Source of the DNA: Veleropilina oligotropha | Taxonomy: Eukaryota | DNA length: 64,000 nt | Assembly (NCBI GenBank): GCA_048128005.1 | Contig: JBEUKZ010000078.1 | Location: 248,001-312,000 of the forward strand | Direction: 5' to 3' | Shown: piece by piece, positions 47,542 to 61,498 of the stretch | How positions within the stretch are numbered: the first letter of the stretch is position 1 | Layout: the number at the start of each line of letters is the position of its first letter | Notes under the pieces: generated by a model | Databases searched by the model: none | Told to the model about the DNA's origin: nothing | What the model saw: the letters and a program-made list of their open reading frames with translations, nothing else | Translations under genes and position numbers: made by a program

Positions 47542-49333
47542 GATCCTCTATTTATATAAGACAAGATAAAGACAAGATAAATTTTCAACAGATATCTTTA
47601 ATATCCTTATTATGTACAGCAAAACGTAAAATATATAACAAAGTCAAATAATAAAATTGCATTAAATAGTCGTTTATATGTACACTATTGTATATTATAT
47701 AAGATTATATAATGATAAATATAATTATAAAATAAAAGATTCTCACAAATTATCTGCAGCCACATATTGTGCACGCATTTTTATTTTGAAATTAGCAGAA
47801 AAATGAGAATAAAAATTTAAAAAAATGTAAGTAGATAGCACATCTTTTCCGTAGCTAACATCATTATATAAAGAAAATACTGGAACTTTTTGTAAAATCT
47901 ATAAAATAAACCTTTGAAATAAATCACTATAATATAATATCAATAAGTAAACATTTCTCTAAACTGGTGTCATCTTTTCTTCACGATGCTCGGTTAGATT
48001 GCGCGATTGAAACACAAATTTAGAGGTAATATTCGTCTTTAAGTATTCAATACATCGTTTACTATTACGTTACCAATATCAAGCCATTTTACTATATAAT
48101 ATATACTGACTATAATGCAACACTCTCTTAAGCATGCGCAACCGACTTCGCCAATACTTAAATTACCAGAATTCTAAATGTTTATTAGAAATGCAAATAT
48201 GCCACTGTATTATTAGACTGGTGTACTTTGGCGGCTGCGGATATATGTAACGTTATTTACAGGGTAAAATCCGTATTTCTTGAGAGAACGGGGCGATTTC
48301 TTTGTCCACCCATAACACAAGCCTTCAGCATTTGGCGCCATCTTTTGCTTCAGCGTCATGCCTAAAATAAGCAAATGAAATAAATATTTAAATTAAAATT
48401 TTAATTTTAATAATGTTATTCGTTGCACATCGTAAAAAAATGAAAATAATATCAAATTTTAATATTTTAGAGTGATTTCATTTCAACCTACAACTTCATC
48501 TTGACATAAACGCATCCACCCGCCATATTCATTGTCAAAACTGCATATTGACATTCATGTCAATTTTGGCCGTTTATCTCTTTCATTTACCCTATTGGGC
48601 TGGTCAGAGAGAACAGATAACACAGGCACTTTTAATCTTAGATTTAGATAATTTACATAACCAATTACGCCAATACCTTTTTTCAAGCTGAGCTCTTTGC
48701 GGTTTTGCTTCTTGTACTCTTCGATGACGGTCACGTACACGTTTTCACTATCTACTTCTGTGCTGATGTATTCCGATACCAAATGCATCGTATCTGTAAC
48801 ATGAACGTGCATTGAACATGAGATGCAGCTACAAATAATAGTCACCGTTCAAACCTTGGAAATGCTAATTCGAAGAAAGGAGACAAGGCACAAGGGGGCC
48901 ACAATTCCTGTTGCTATTTCACCGATATATTTTGAAAAACAAAATAGAATTACCAATACCGACCATCTGATATATTTTGAAAAAGAAAAGCGAATTACCA
49001 ATAGCTACCATCTAACGAATACACACGTAGCGAATCAAAAACACAGTCAGAAAAACTCAACGTAAACTTTATAATCGTTATGCATACACCGGTAGTTTTG
49101 CTATGTAGACCTACGTATTCTATAATAGTTGATGTATGCAATAATCTAACATTCTAACGTACCATGCCAGTCAAAACGCAGAGACTTCTTCTTTTTGCAA
49201 ATAATTGACACTGCAAATAAAATAATATGATAATAATCTCAGAAACAGTTCATCCGCCTCAAACAGTTCGAGCCACTGTATTACAAAAGGATTGTGCAAA
49301 AAGTTGTACAATTTATTGAAGTACTCTTTCCAT

Positions 49334-51775
49334 CTTTCCAACGAGCCATAAATGACCATGGACATAAATTGTTAGATTTGTGCAAATCATGTAGATTGCG
49401 AACAATAAATGGTACAGTTGGGAAAGATAAAGGGAGTGGTATTTTTACTTTTTGTAACAGTGCAGGCGAAAGCTTAGTTGATTATATGTTGGCAAACGTA
49501 TATTTATTTAAATATATTACTGATTTTAATGTAATAAAAAAATAGGACTACCGAAATCTGAATGTTATATGTAGAAAATAGAAATTCTTATCGAAAGATT
49601 TGCAGACAAATATTAAATCAGAGTAATAGAAACGAGTGGGACGAACTGGTAGCACTATGCAAAACAGAGTCCAAAGAATTTTGGAAAAGGTTAAAGAGAT
49701 AAAGATCAGTAAAGGAAACTTTACCAAATTGTAACTTTTCGAATTATTTTGAAACTTTGATGAACCCGGAAGTACGTTCGGAAGTAGACGAAGACGTTAA
49801 ATTGCAAACAGATTCATTTAATTGGGAAAATATTAATATAATTGTAGACGAACTAGACGCCCCAATTTCTTTCCAGGAAATTGAAACTGCACTGGGCGGT
49901 TTGAAACGTAACAAATCATGTGGTACTGACCAATTATTAAATGAATTCCTTACAGAAGGAAAAGATGGTGGTATATTCCCATCAGAGTGGAAGAAAAGTA
50001 TCATTGTGCCATTGCACAAAAAAGGACTTAAAAACGATCCTGGAAACTACAGAGGTATAATCTTATTAAGTTGCTTTGGGAAGCTATTTCCTGCAGTTTT
50101 GAACAAACGTCTTAATATATGGGCTGAATCTAATAACATTTACACCGAATCGCAACATGGATTTAGAAGAGGTTATTCAACAACTGACTGTATATTTAAC
50201 AGTGCAATTAATATTGTATTATCAGACAACAAAAAATTATATTGTCTCTTTGTAGATTTTTAAAAAGCATTTCATTACATTGATAGGACTATATTGTGGC
50301 TCAAACTTTTAATGGAAGGTATAAGCTCGAAAATCTTAAATATTTTACGGGAAATGTATGATAGTATAAAGTCATGTGTCCAGGAAAACAGTGATGCCTT
50401 TTTCATTCTTCAACTGTTCTTTAGGTGTTCGCCAAAACGAAAGTTTGTCACCATTCTGATTTGCTATGTTCATAAATGATATAGAAAACGTATTACAAAA
50501 ATTGAATCTGTTGGTATACATGTAAAGATTTATTAAAAAAAATTCATATTTTTATTTGCTGATGATTCTACATTGTTCTCAGATTCATCAATTGTGTTGT
50601 GTAAAGTATGGTTTGTCAGTTAACATTGACAAGACTAAAGTCTTAGCCTTTAGACGTGGTGGTAGGGTCCCAAATCATTTAGAATTTACATATTCAGAAC
50701 AAAAACTCGAAATTGTAAACCAGTTTAAATATCTTGGTATTATATTCTCAACATCGGGATCATTTGCACATGCTCAAAAAGTTTTATCTGAACAAGCATC
50801 AAAGGCACTATTCGGCCTAAACAAATATTTAGAAGATTACCGCTATATTGATGTTCAGGCAAATTTAGAAATATTTGATATAACAATTTGCCCTATTTTA
50901 AATTACAGTTGCGAAATATGGGGCTTCCATAAGGCTCATGCTAAAGAGAAGATGAGATTAAAATGTTTGAAATGTCTGCTTGGCGTAAAAGGTTCCACTC
51001 CAAATGCTCTTGTTTATTCAAATATTGGTTTAAATTATTATCATCAGATAGTTGTAAATTTGTAAGTATAATGTACGACAAACAAGTAGAAATGTTAATC
51101 AGTAAACCTGGTATTTTGACGTGGGTAAAACAGTTAAAAGACATCTTGTACCGATATGGCTTTGGATATGTTTGGGAAAACCTAAGAGAATGGGATGTCG
51201 ACAACTTTATTAAAGCGTTTAGAGCAAGATTGAACGACAATTATGTACAATCATGGCATATGGAATTAGAAATCTGCAGTAGAGCTGAAACATATAAATA
51301 TTTTAAGAAATTCGAATTTGAAAAATACATTGTTGAAATTAAATACCACTTATTTTGAACTGCCCTTACTAAATTCCGTCTAAGCCCTCACCACTTTTTA
51401 ATAGAAAAGGGGAGATGGGCGAAACGATTGGAAAGGAATGACAGGACATGCAATATTTGCAATATTGTAGAAGACGAATACCATGTTCTACTTGTTTGTC
51501 CACTTTATCGAAACATCAGAGAACATTACATAAACCATACTACTATAATAGACCAAGAGTTTACAAGTTTGTTCAACTTATGTCTTCCAAAAAAATTGTA
51601 ATATATAACAGGTTATCCATCTGTGTGTACAAGATAATGGCTACGCATTCTAAGTTATGATTATAAAAATGCATGTATTTTCGTATATCTCTGGTGTACG
51701 ACTATTGTATATAATATACTGTGTAATAACCTGGTTTGGCCTGAGTAGCCTATATAAATACTGTTCTGTTCTGTT
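49334..51775 (+). mobile_element. RTE-X-like LINE, copy C (less deleted than copy A)
   Basis: INDHGHKLLDLCKSCRLRTING, LVDY, DPGNYRGI, LFADD, FKYLGI, LNYSCEIWG; (ctgtt)3 tail; same insertion site as copy A. Confidence 0.88.
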
Positions 51776-52969
51776 CATATTAATTCAGGAAGAAAGCTCG
51801 GTCGCCCGGTTAAAACCCAAAATGTGATAGATATCTGAATAAAAATGTCAGTGCACTAATCGGGGTTTGAACGTACTCCTGTTAGATAGAGCCGTCTAGC
51901 GAGAGAATTCAGATTTCACACTCTGATGCACTCAACTACAAGTACGACATCACATAGAGCAAGGTATAGCAGTTATTGCCATTACGATAATAGTACGATA
52001 CAAATACAAAAGTTAAAAACGAAAAAGCAGCAAACAGCTGCAACATTTAACAAAATGCAACATAAAATGTCAACGCGAACAATTTACCTATTTAGGTAAT
52101 ATTTACACAATCAACACTCCGAAAATCTGAAAGCGAATATTAGATATGATCATGGTGTTTAAATTTAATTTCACATCATACGCTGTGTTGAAATAATTGG
52201 TTAATAGATTTTATGACAATCTTTACGTCATGAAATTTTTAAGTCAACTGAATTGTTTATTACAAGAAACCAATAGATTTATGTTCTAGATATCTTTACG
52301 TATTAAATAGTTCTGTCACTAATATTATGCACTTTTCTCTCTCACCTGTTTCAGTCGTAAGTGCTTTATTTGCGGCCGGGCGTTTTCTATAGACATCTGG
52401 ACGCTTTCTCTCATATTTCGCAAAGGAGTCAATTTCGTCTCCAATATTGCATAACGTCTCATCGATCACTGTAATGTAATAAATATCTCCTAATTAAATA
52501 TGTTATAGATATCAGTGTCATATATATATTAGTAGTTCGCTTTTGTGCTTGCTTAAATATACTATATATAATAAAGACACGTCTTAAAAGTTAACCGCGG
52601 AGCGTTCCGTACCATTTAATTGAATTTTCGTTTCATCATCGATTCTCGTATGGTTTGCTTTCTGCTTGTAAGCAAATTCCTCATTGCTATTTTTTCGTTC
52701 ATGTTCCTAAAAAGGCAATAGGCATAAAACGAACATTAAAATCGTCAGAATTTAGGGGGAATGGTATCATTAATGCTTTTGGTAGGATGCATGCATGCAA
52801 CAGAGATCAATTGATTTGAACATGAAATTGATGTTAACATGAGATATACTAGTATATATGTAATGAATATGTCATCGTTGAAAATACAGGCAGCTTTACA
52901 TATTGATTTAGTTCAAAATTTCACTTAAAATGTGTTTAATTATAATTAAACAGATTTTAAGTGATATTT

Positions 52970-53005
<36 letters not shown>

Positions 53006-55704
53006 TAGATATAATTGTGAAATATTCATACCTTTTGTCCATGAATGGAAAATGCCTCTCCTGCTTCACTGAAATGGAAAGGAAAAGTCAATTTATTTTC
53101 TGTGTATGCCGATTCCAATAGGTCATTCATTTAAACTGACTCGTATGGAATTCATCATATAACTTTTGATTTTGTATGTGTCACCGTGTCTTGCAAAATT
53201 GATCATTGTTAATGATTAAAATTATCGATGTTTATGATAAGGATATTTTCTTCTCTCATTGTTCTAATTTATTGCTGTAAAATAAATGCATAACTATATT
53301 AAAATAATTTCAGCTTTGGGATTAGCCTGCTAGTATTTAATATTAGAAACATCCCTTATACATATAGTTATTTCCTTACTTCTCCAGGATTCCTCGAATG
53401 TCCGACATCGTTTCCCATTTCTTCGGTGACGATAATGCGGACTTCGATGAGCTCGATTTCTTGAAAAATCGCCAACAGCATGCCAAACTGCTCTTCTCCT
53501 CATACACGGCAGCTTGTCGGTATACGATTGCACTGTTACTAAAATATCATATAGGCCTATAGAAAGAAAAGTTATTTTTAAATTTAAAAATGTTTTTGTT
53601 AATAACTGAGTGTTCTTCATTGCAAGAAGGTAAACACTTCACGGCAGCAAGACTCAAGAAGTTTTCTATTTTTGTTAATTATTCCGGAGAGATAACGCAT
53701 GTCAAACAGAATTACCAATGAGGAAATATGTCTAAAAGGTAGAAATGTTATTGCCTTACTTGAGCAGTGTGTATTTTAAAGATAAAAAAGTCTATTTTGG
53801 CGATACCTCACGGAGTAAATAGGGTAATTTGGATGCAAGACAGTGGTTGATATGCCAAAATATTATACATGGGATATATCGTTATATTTTAATGTTCGAA
53901 GCCTTAATTTGTTGTTTACCAGTTCATCGATGTTTACTCTACAAGATTATGACTGATTTTGTGGAAAAATTCTTATAAAAAGATAGTTTAGACCTAAAAC
54001 TTTGGAAAAATTTCGTAAATTCAAAATGGCGGCCATGATGGATTCATAGCAGAATGCCATGCATGTAGAAATATGGGATTTTAAGTCATTTAAATTAATC
54101 CTTGTCGGCTTAAAAGGCACTCACGTGAACGTATCTTCACTCATTTGCGCAAATGTTTGCATATCGTTTGAGTTATTCATCATTAATTTTCTTCAAATGA
54201 AGATTTTCGAGGGAGAGATTGTCTTTACGTGGCAACAAAATGGCTGAACTTTCTCGAAAATGGTGACGTTCTTAACGTGACGTCATAGAATACGTCATGA
54301 CGTCATATGAAATGTCTCTCGGTAATCTCCCTTGAATTAAGCGCAAACGTCAAATAGTAAACTGCATGATATGCAGGGCCGAATTCAGGATTGTGTACGG
54401 GAGAGGAACAAAACTATATGCCCAGGGGGATATATAGGGGAACGGGGTTCTGTGAATATGCAAAATTCTGCAATCTGAACCGTAATTTATGACAGATGTT
54501 TGTGTGGAATATGGAGAAAATATCTAAAATGATAAAAAGGATACGCTGTTGAAGTACGTGCTCCCAGTAAAGTACCACATGATGGTAAAGAGTGGTGTTC
54601 TGGTGTTCATAAGGAGTGGTGTTATGTGATATTAGTAACAGTTTCGTGTCACTGTGAATGGCACAAATGATTATTTTTCGAAACACGGCAAGATTTATAT
54701 AGAATTCCGGTCCCTTTACATTGGTTTCGCATTTAATTAGTCACAAAGGGAAGTAATATATTAATATCAGTTTAATTGCCAACAAGTCTCGACTGGCATG
54801 TGTTCACCATTAGTCTGATTTCGGACTTTGTCATTTCTAAAGGGAAAATATAAATTGATAAAACAGCAATGCTTTTTATTGAAATGTATTCACAAGTATG
54901 CGGGAAACATTTTGAGCTTTGCTGCCAATACGCAAACTTTTAGAAAATTTTTAATGAGCGAATATGAATAATTAGAATAATTAATGATAAGCACCATGAT
55001 AAAAAAACATTTTAGCTAATAAGGCTATAGAATCATGCGCATAAGGTTGACCCGAGGAATTAATTTCTGATATTTCAAAGTCATCGTATAGGTTTAATGT
55101 CAAAGTCATTTTTTCTAAAAATCGCAGAAAGCGAATCATTTCGGCATGTGTACATACACATGTCTATTCATGCATTATTTAAGCCCACCGCGCACGAGAG
55201 CTATCACCGTCAGCTCAGCTGATATGATAGCTCTCGTCTGCATGCGGACAATTTTTGTTGAGGTTTGGACCTCGTACGGCAATAATTTAAGGCAGGAATC
55301 AAACATGTTGGATATTTTTCAACTAACGAGTTCCAAACCTCAACGTGTGCGAGGAACATGAGCTGCCACCCGAGCTGAAATATGCGATTGACCAATAAAA
55401 ACACAATATTACTGTAGTAACAATACCGGGACCTACTGAAATTATTTTAGCACCGCGTTTAAGGCTTAATTATTTTCATCAGCAATATTTGTATCGTATT
55501 AAATGCTCTTATTACAAAGATATGTAAAACATTAGTATGTAAATAGTAATATATGTAAGTAAGAATTGAATTTGTAAAGTTCGTATTATGTACATTAAGG
55601 AATAAATACATCATTAAATACAAAATACATACATACATATAGGAATAACTATATCAGCATATTACCCCTGTAACAAAACTATTAACAAAATATTTATTAG
55701 CAAG

Positions 55705-56470
55705 AATTAAATGCATCAAAAGATAGTATATTGTACATATACATTAAATTTCATCTCTATTTTACTGCATTAAACTTTGTCGCTTAGCTATAGCCTGTTT
55801 CAGATATAGTCCTAAGCGAGAAGCAGTGTTTTTGGAAATTGTCGACATCAAGCTTATAAATTTTCGCATTGTAGGCCATCTTGTTTAACAAATGAGTAGA
55901 TATTTCGATCGTATGTCTCTGTATATGAGACAGACGATAATGAAATGATACTCATCTTCTATTGCATTCTGCGGACAATATTGACATAGTCTCTCATTTC
56001 TTATGACACCATGGAATCTACCCTCCTCAATAGCTAATTTGCATGTACAACTTCTAAATTGCGATATATATTTGCGAGACAGATTGTTAGAAATTGACAG
56101 ATAGTTTTCAAAGCAGTATACTTCCTTCTTATACATAACATAAAAGCGCAATTTTGATGTATTTTGAATGGTGTAATGCCAATTTTGCATGAATTGGTCG
56201 TATAGACGCTCTATGAGGATAGATTCGTTAAATTGTAATGTGTCTTGTTCATTCCAAATGTAGTTAAATCCAAGATCAAACAATAGATTTCTTACAGAAG
56301 ATGCCCAATTTTGCATACATTTCGCAACGTTGTCGAATGTAGTTATATATACAATATAAAGTAAACTGTTTCTATTTTGAAGTATTCTCACCCAGTATTA
56401 TAAAATTCTCTCTTTTCGTTTCACTACAATTGTTACTCTATCTAATTCACCATATAAAACGAAATTCGGC
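55705..56470 (-). mobile_element. Antisense RTE-X-like LINE fragment, copy C
   Basis: ORF 55885..56391 with WASSVRNLL and the IEEGRF...C..C...EDEYHF motif. Confidence 0.8.
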
Positions 56471-56588
56471 GCTATATATAGTGTTCGTATATGATTTCGT
56501 CGTCATTGATAATAATAAACTAAAATAAACTGCAGTATTATTGATGTTATGTACTTACGTAAAAAAATACCTACTAATACAGCAGCAA

Positions 56589-58458
56589 ATGCATCTTTTA
56601 TGAGCGAAGAGGATGAAACATTAAATATTATTGACGAAGTTTGGAAATATTCTAATCTATACGTACAATAGCAGTCTCCTTGACCATAGGTATGAGTTCC
56701 TTGAACGAGTATGTAAAGCGGACAGAAACTGACAACCATCTTTTGAGGTAAGATATTTACATTCATATATTAATTACTTGATTCACTGCGGGCGATGTAT
56801 ATAAACGTCGGCTGCAGGAGTATATGTCTTCTTCCATACGCGGGCGACGTACTTATACGTACGCATGTCCATATGTGTCTTCTTACTGTTGACACAAATA
56901 TAGTTGAGTAGAGAGATTTCTTTCTCTTTGATTACTTACACCCTGGAACTGACGACCCTCATTAACATATACGAGAAAAGATTATCCCATAGGAAATTCA
57001 GCAGTGAATCAGTTAATAATGCTAACGGCAGGATTTCTTTGGTCCTTTCTGTGCATGCTGTTATTTACACAACTGGTGATGTATGTATTTCGTCAGTTAT
57101 AAGTACCGGATACCTCCTATGTATGACAACAGAAAAATCATAGCTGAGACTGTTGTTGAAGTATAATAATTATTATGTATCACTGTCTTTGATTATATAA
57201 TTGTCTTGAATGTAGACAGAGAAAACCGTCTTCATAATATATATTTCAAAGACAGCAATACATTAGCCGCAATAATAATTATGTTGTATACATCTGTAAT
57301 AATATTTAAATTATCCAATAAGACCGAATATACACATCTTATCAATAACTCTAATTTAAAGAGACTATTGCCCCTAAATGCGATCTTTATTTGTTTTAAA
57401 GAAAGCTAAACACATTACACTTTTTGTTTATAACATAAAAAGTTAGGAATTTTCAGCACTCAACTTTCGTCAGTAATTTGCTACAGTTTAAGTGAATCGC
57501 TACTGAATATTTAAAAATAATTAAACGCGGTCCGCGTATTAAACTTAATTACCTCGCACCGAGTACATTTCCAATTGACCTAGTTGGAGCACAGTTGCGT
57601 AGGTTTCTGCTCGTCAATTAAGATATCTTTCTACTTGACAATAATATATATTGCCCAGTTATAATAATAATTTCAATAAAAGTCTATCATTTGATCATAT
57701 ATCGATCATATTTTCGCGAAATTTGTATCAATCTGCGCAGACCGTGCGGTAGGGGGTGATCAGTTCAGTCATGAAAAGAGCGCATTTACGGGCAATAGTC
57801 TCTTTGAGATTTACTTAATTGTGAGAACATATTAAAATGTTTTATTTACTTTCGGCATATCAACAAACAGTTTCCTTTTAAAATTTGTATCGCAAGTGAG
57901 TAACACAAACTTATTAGGCCACTGCGGTGACCGAGTGCCGACTCTGAAGTCTTTGTTTAGTTATCTGTCATAGATATCCATAACTGCCCGGAGATAGCAA
58001 GTTTTTCGGGGCGATCGTCCTTTCTTCTCGTGATAACAACCTATGAAAGGGTTGTTGAAACAGAACATATTTCGCATCGAATCAAACCGAAAAATACTCT
58101 TAATCGAAATCTTATATTTAACTGAGAAACCATGATTTAAGACACGGAATCCGAATCCGAGACCTTCAATAGCGAAGAAGGTGAACAACTTCGACCTCCA
58201 GAAACAACCCATATTAGGACTGCTACCGGGAAACAAAAATTGAGCACAAAACGAAAATGAAATACCTCTGTGGACTACACCATTCTAGAATATATACAGG
58301 GTCAAATCGCTCAAACCGTGGAACGGTCCCCGGAACTGCTTTTCGGAAAAATTGTAGCATCTAATTTATCGGATTTGAAAAAGAAAACAAGATGTTTGGC
58401 AAAGTTGAAGATACAAGAGATACTATTTGAAATGGGCGAAAGCGAAACACTCTCTTAG
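56589..58458 (+). pseudogene. MADF/BESS-like relic, copy C
   Basis: ORF 58270..58458 contains ELLFGKIVASNLSDLKKKTRCLAKLKIQEILFEM; paralog of 33062-34640. Confidence 0.55.
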
Positions 58459-58669
58459 TAAAGTAACTATCAACTGCTCAAAAATCCTACAAACTGTATA
58501 TCATATACAATTCTCGTCGTGTGTGGTAAACGTGTATATCGATATTCGTACAACAAAGATTGATTTAATAACAAAAAATAACATTTCATATAATTATGTC
58601 TGTACAACATGAGAACTGCAACAGACAACAAGTGCACGAATTCACAACTACACGACCATAATTACAATA

Positions 58670-59648
58670 ATGAACTCCACCAAGAAAAACAATGGAGGTG
58701 TTAATGGGAAATCGGGTATACAAGAACGACACAATACAACCGACAAAGGAGTACCGCAGAAGCGTGACAGGTCTTCTCCGGGCCCAACATCGACCCCGAA
58801 ATCTGTGAAAAATTACCAACACGAAACTACGATGCACGAGGAGGTGGGAACCACAGTAGAAGATCTGTCAAAAATTGAACCAAACATACAAATCACTCCT
58901 GGTCTTACGCAGCTTATCCATACAATTGTAGAAAAAGCCCTCACCCCATTAACATCAATTTTCAATAAGCAAAATAAAACCATAGAAAAACTCACAAATT
59001 CGTTAAATGATTTCATCAAAAGAACAACAAATGATAAACAGGAAATCCATAATCTAAAAACGCAAGTGGTCGACTTAAACACCAAAATAGCAGAGCAGGA
59101 TACTCTCCTATCATGTGCTACTCGCCTGGACAGAGCTGAAATGGATCTAGATGATCTGGAGCAATATGGTCGCAGAAAAGCTCTTCGTTTTAAGAACGTC
59201 CCGGTGACAAACATCCCAATACGACCAATGCGCGGAGACAGACCGGTATTAGACACGGATGCATATGCCCTGAATCTATCCAAAAATGATCTGAAAGTAT
59301 CTCTATCTCGGAGTGATATTAATCGATCGCACCTGTGTGGAAAACCAAATGCCCAAGGAACAGTTTCGATTATTTGTAAATTTACAAATTAAAAATCAAA
59401 GAGTATCTTCTAGCACTCAAAGAAAGCTCTAAAGAATCGACCAGAAAAGATTTTCATCGTGGAAGATCTAACTAATAATTATAGAGCACGTATCGTCTCT
59501 AAGCTGCAATACCTGTATAACAACAAAATATATAACAAGTTTCTGGACATCTGATGGCAGATTATTCTATAAACGGACAATCAACAGCGCACCGATCATT
59601 ACCAAGACACTATACGATCTGGCAAACGATTTCCCTATTGACCTGTGA
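58670..59648 (+). pseudogene. LINE ORF1p-like coding region, copy C
   Basis: 240-aa ORF 58670..59392, nearly identical to copy A with the same premature stop. Confidence 0.75.
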
Positions 59649-60006
59649 CCAGGGAGTTCAATGATGGCAAGGAATTAATGTAGTATTAATAGTATACAGC
59701 ATGTTTAGTTATTAAAGTACAATCCATAATATAATGTTTAACTGAACTAATATTGTGAAGCATTTATAATTATGATTTAATTATCCTGACCAATGAATAT
59801 ATTGCAGCACGGTAAAAAATAATATAGAATATTCCACTATGTATACATAACGTGAACAATGTTTTTGCTGTTGTTGTGGGTTTTTTAATGTTATGTTGAA
59901 ATAAGTTGTATGCATGGTAATTGCCGTATGATGATGGAAAAGCATTATATTATGTACCATAATGTTATTTGAACTCCTTAGATGTTTGAGACCGACACGG
60001 TAGTCT

Positions 60007-60237
60007 TGTGGTGTCGAGTGTCTGCTCCACAATCACAAGCTCGATTGCGTTAACTAACAGGAGTGAGTTAGAATCGCAGCTGGGGCATTAACATCTTTGT
60101 TCAGTTATCAATCAAAGTTGTCCGAAACTGACCCGAGAGGACGGTTTTCCCAGCGGACTTTCTCCTCACGATGATATGGACATGTCCTGGTTCGAACGTA
60201 ATGGTTGGAAATATACAGGACATTAAGCATCGATCCA
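60007..60237 (+). mobile_element. SINE family 1 copy (paralog of 36560-36790)
   Basis: Essentially identical to the copy A element. Confidence 0.7.
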
Positions 60238-60887
60238 TCAATCTATTAGTAGATGAAGGTTATTTTGTCTCCTTCGTTTAGAGTAGTGGATAATGACGAA
60301 CAAATTGAAATAGATCTATTTAGTAATAAATTCAGAGTACTAATTAAACATTCTACTTTTCAGCGTATATCATAATTATATATACATTGCATATAAATAA
60401 ACAAAAGAACATTGCGAAAGTAATATGTTAGCATAATTTCTCCGTAAAGAGAATAAAGCTTATTATAAACTTTGCTGCGTAATTATGTATTGATACTATT
60501 AAATTTATACTGTACATATCATTAGTTTAGCTATACTCAAATGTAAATGGTTTTCATTGTGCCGCATTTGAATCTGTCTTTATAAAGTAAGAAAAGCACT
60601 AAATTACTTGTTATGAAATATTGTTCATACATTTACTTGAATATTATTTTTACTATCACAATAATGATAAGCAAATGCCTTAATGTTTCAGAATGATATT
60701 TAAACATATCTATTATCTACTCTTTATTTATTTATTTATAATTTCATTAATAACCAACATTCAGAGTATGTTAATTCCTGAAAATTGTATTGAAGAATAC
60801 AATATTTAACCAACAATATGCCTATATTTCCCGATAGTCTTACGAATTGTTTAAGATGAATGTATCACGCTGTGTTATATGATGCTA

Positions 60888-61172
60888 TCTCCGTCCGTGA
60901 AGAAACCCACGCCGAGTTCTCCGCCCGGGAAGAAACCCACACCGAGTTATCCGTCCGGGAAGAAACCCACGCCGAGTTCTCCGTCCGGGAAAAAACCCAC
61001 GCCGAGTTCTTCGTCCGAGAAGAAACACATTCCGAGTTCTCCGTCCGGGAAGATACCCACGTCGAGTTCTCCGTCCGGGAAGAAACCCACGTCGAGTTCT
61101 TCGTCCGGGAAGAAACCCACGTCTAGTTCTCCGTCCGGGAAGAAACCCACGCCGAGTTCTCCGTCCGGGAAG
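60888..61172. repeat. 30-bp minisatellite, copy C
   Basis: Same unit order as 37441-37725. Confidence 0.93.
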
Positions 61173-61498
61173 CAACTGCGTCCACCTTAAAAAAACTACT
61201 AGGCGAATTACACGATCACAGTGTGTCCGGTGTCGCTCTTCTTCTGTCATCTATAGTGGCGCAAAATGATACCAATGGAAATAGTAGATATTGTAAGAGC
61301 TGTTTCCATTACAATACAGTTTCAATAAATTACACCTCGATGTACATGCGATACATAATCTTGTTTGTCAAATGACCTCATAAATAGGAAATAAATTAGT
61401 ATTAAAACATGTCTCAATATACAATTATTACGAAGCTATTACAGGTACTGATCCACGATACAGACTCGCTGTTGGTTTCATTGGATTGGATAGGATTG

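Noticed and set aside
52974..53003. (TA)n expansion specific to copy C
   Set aside because: Ordinary microsatellite slippage.
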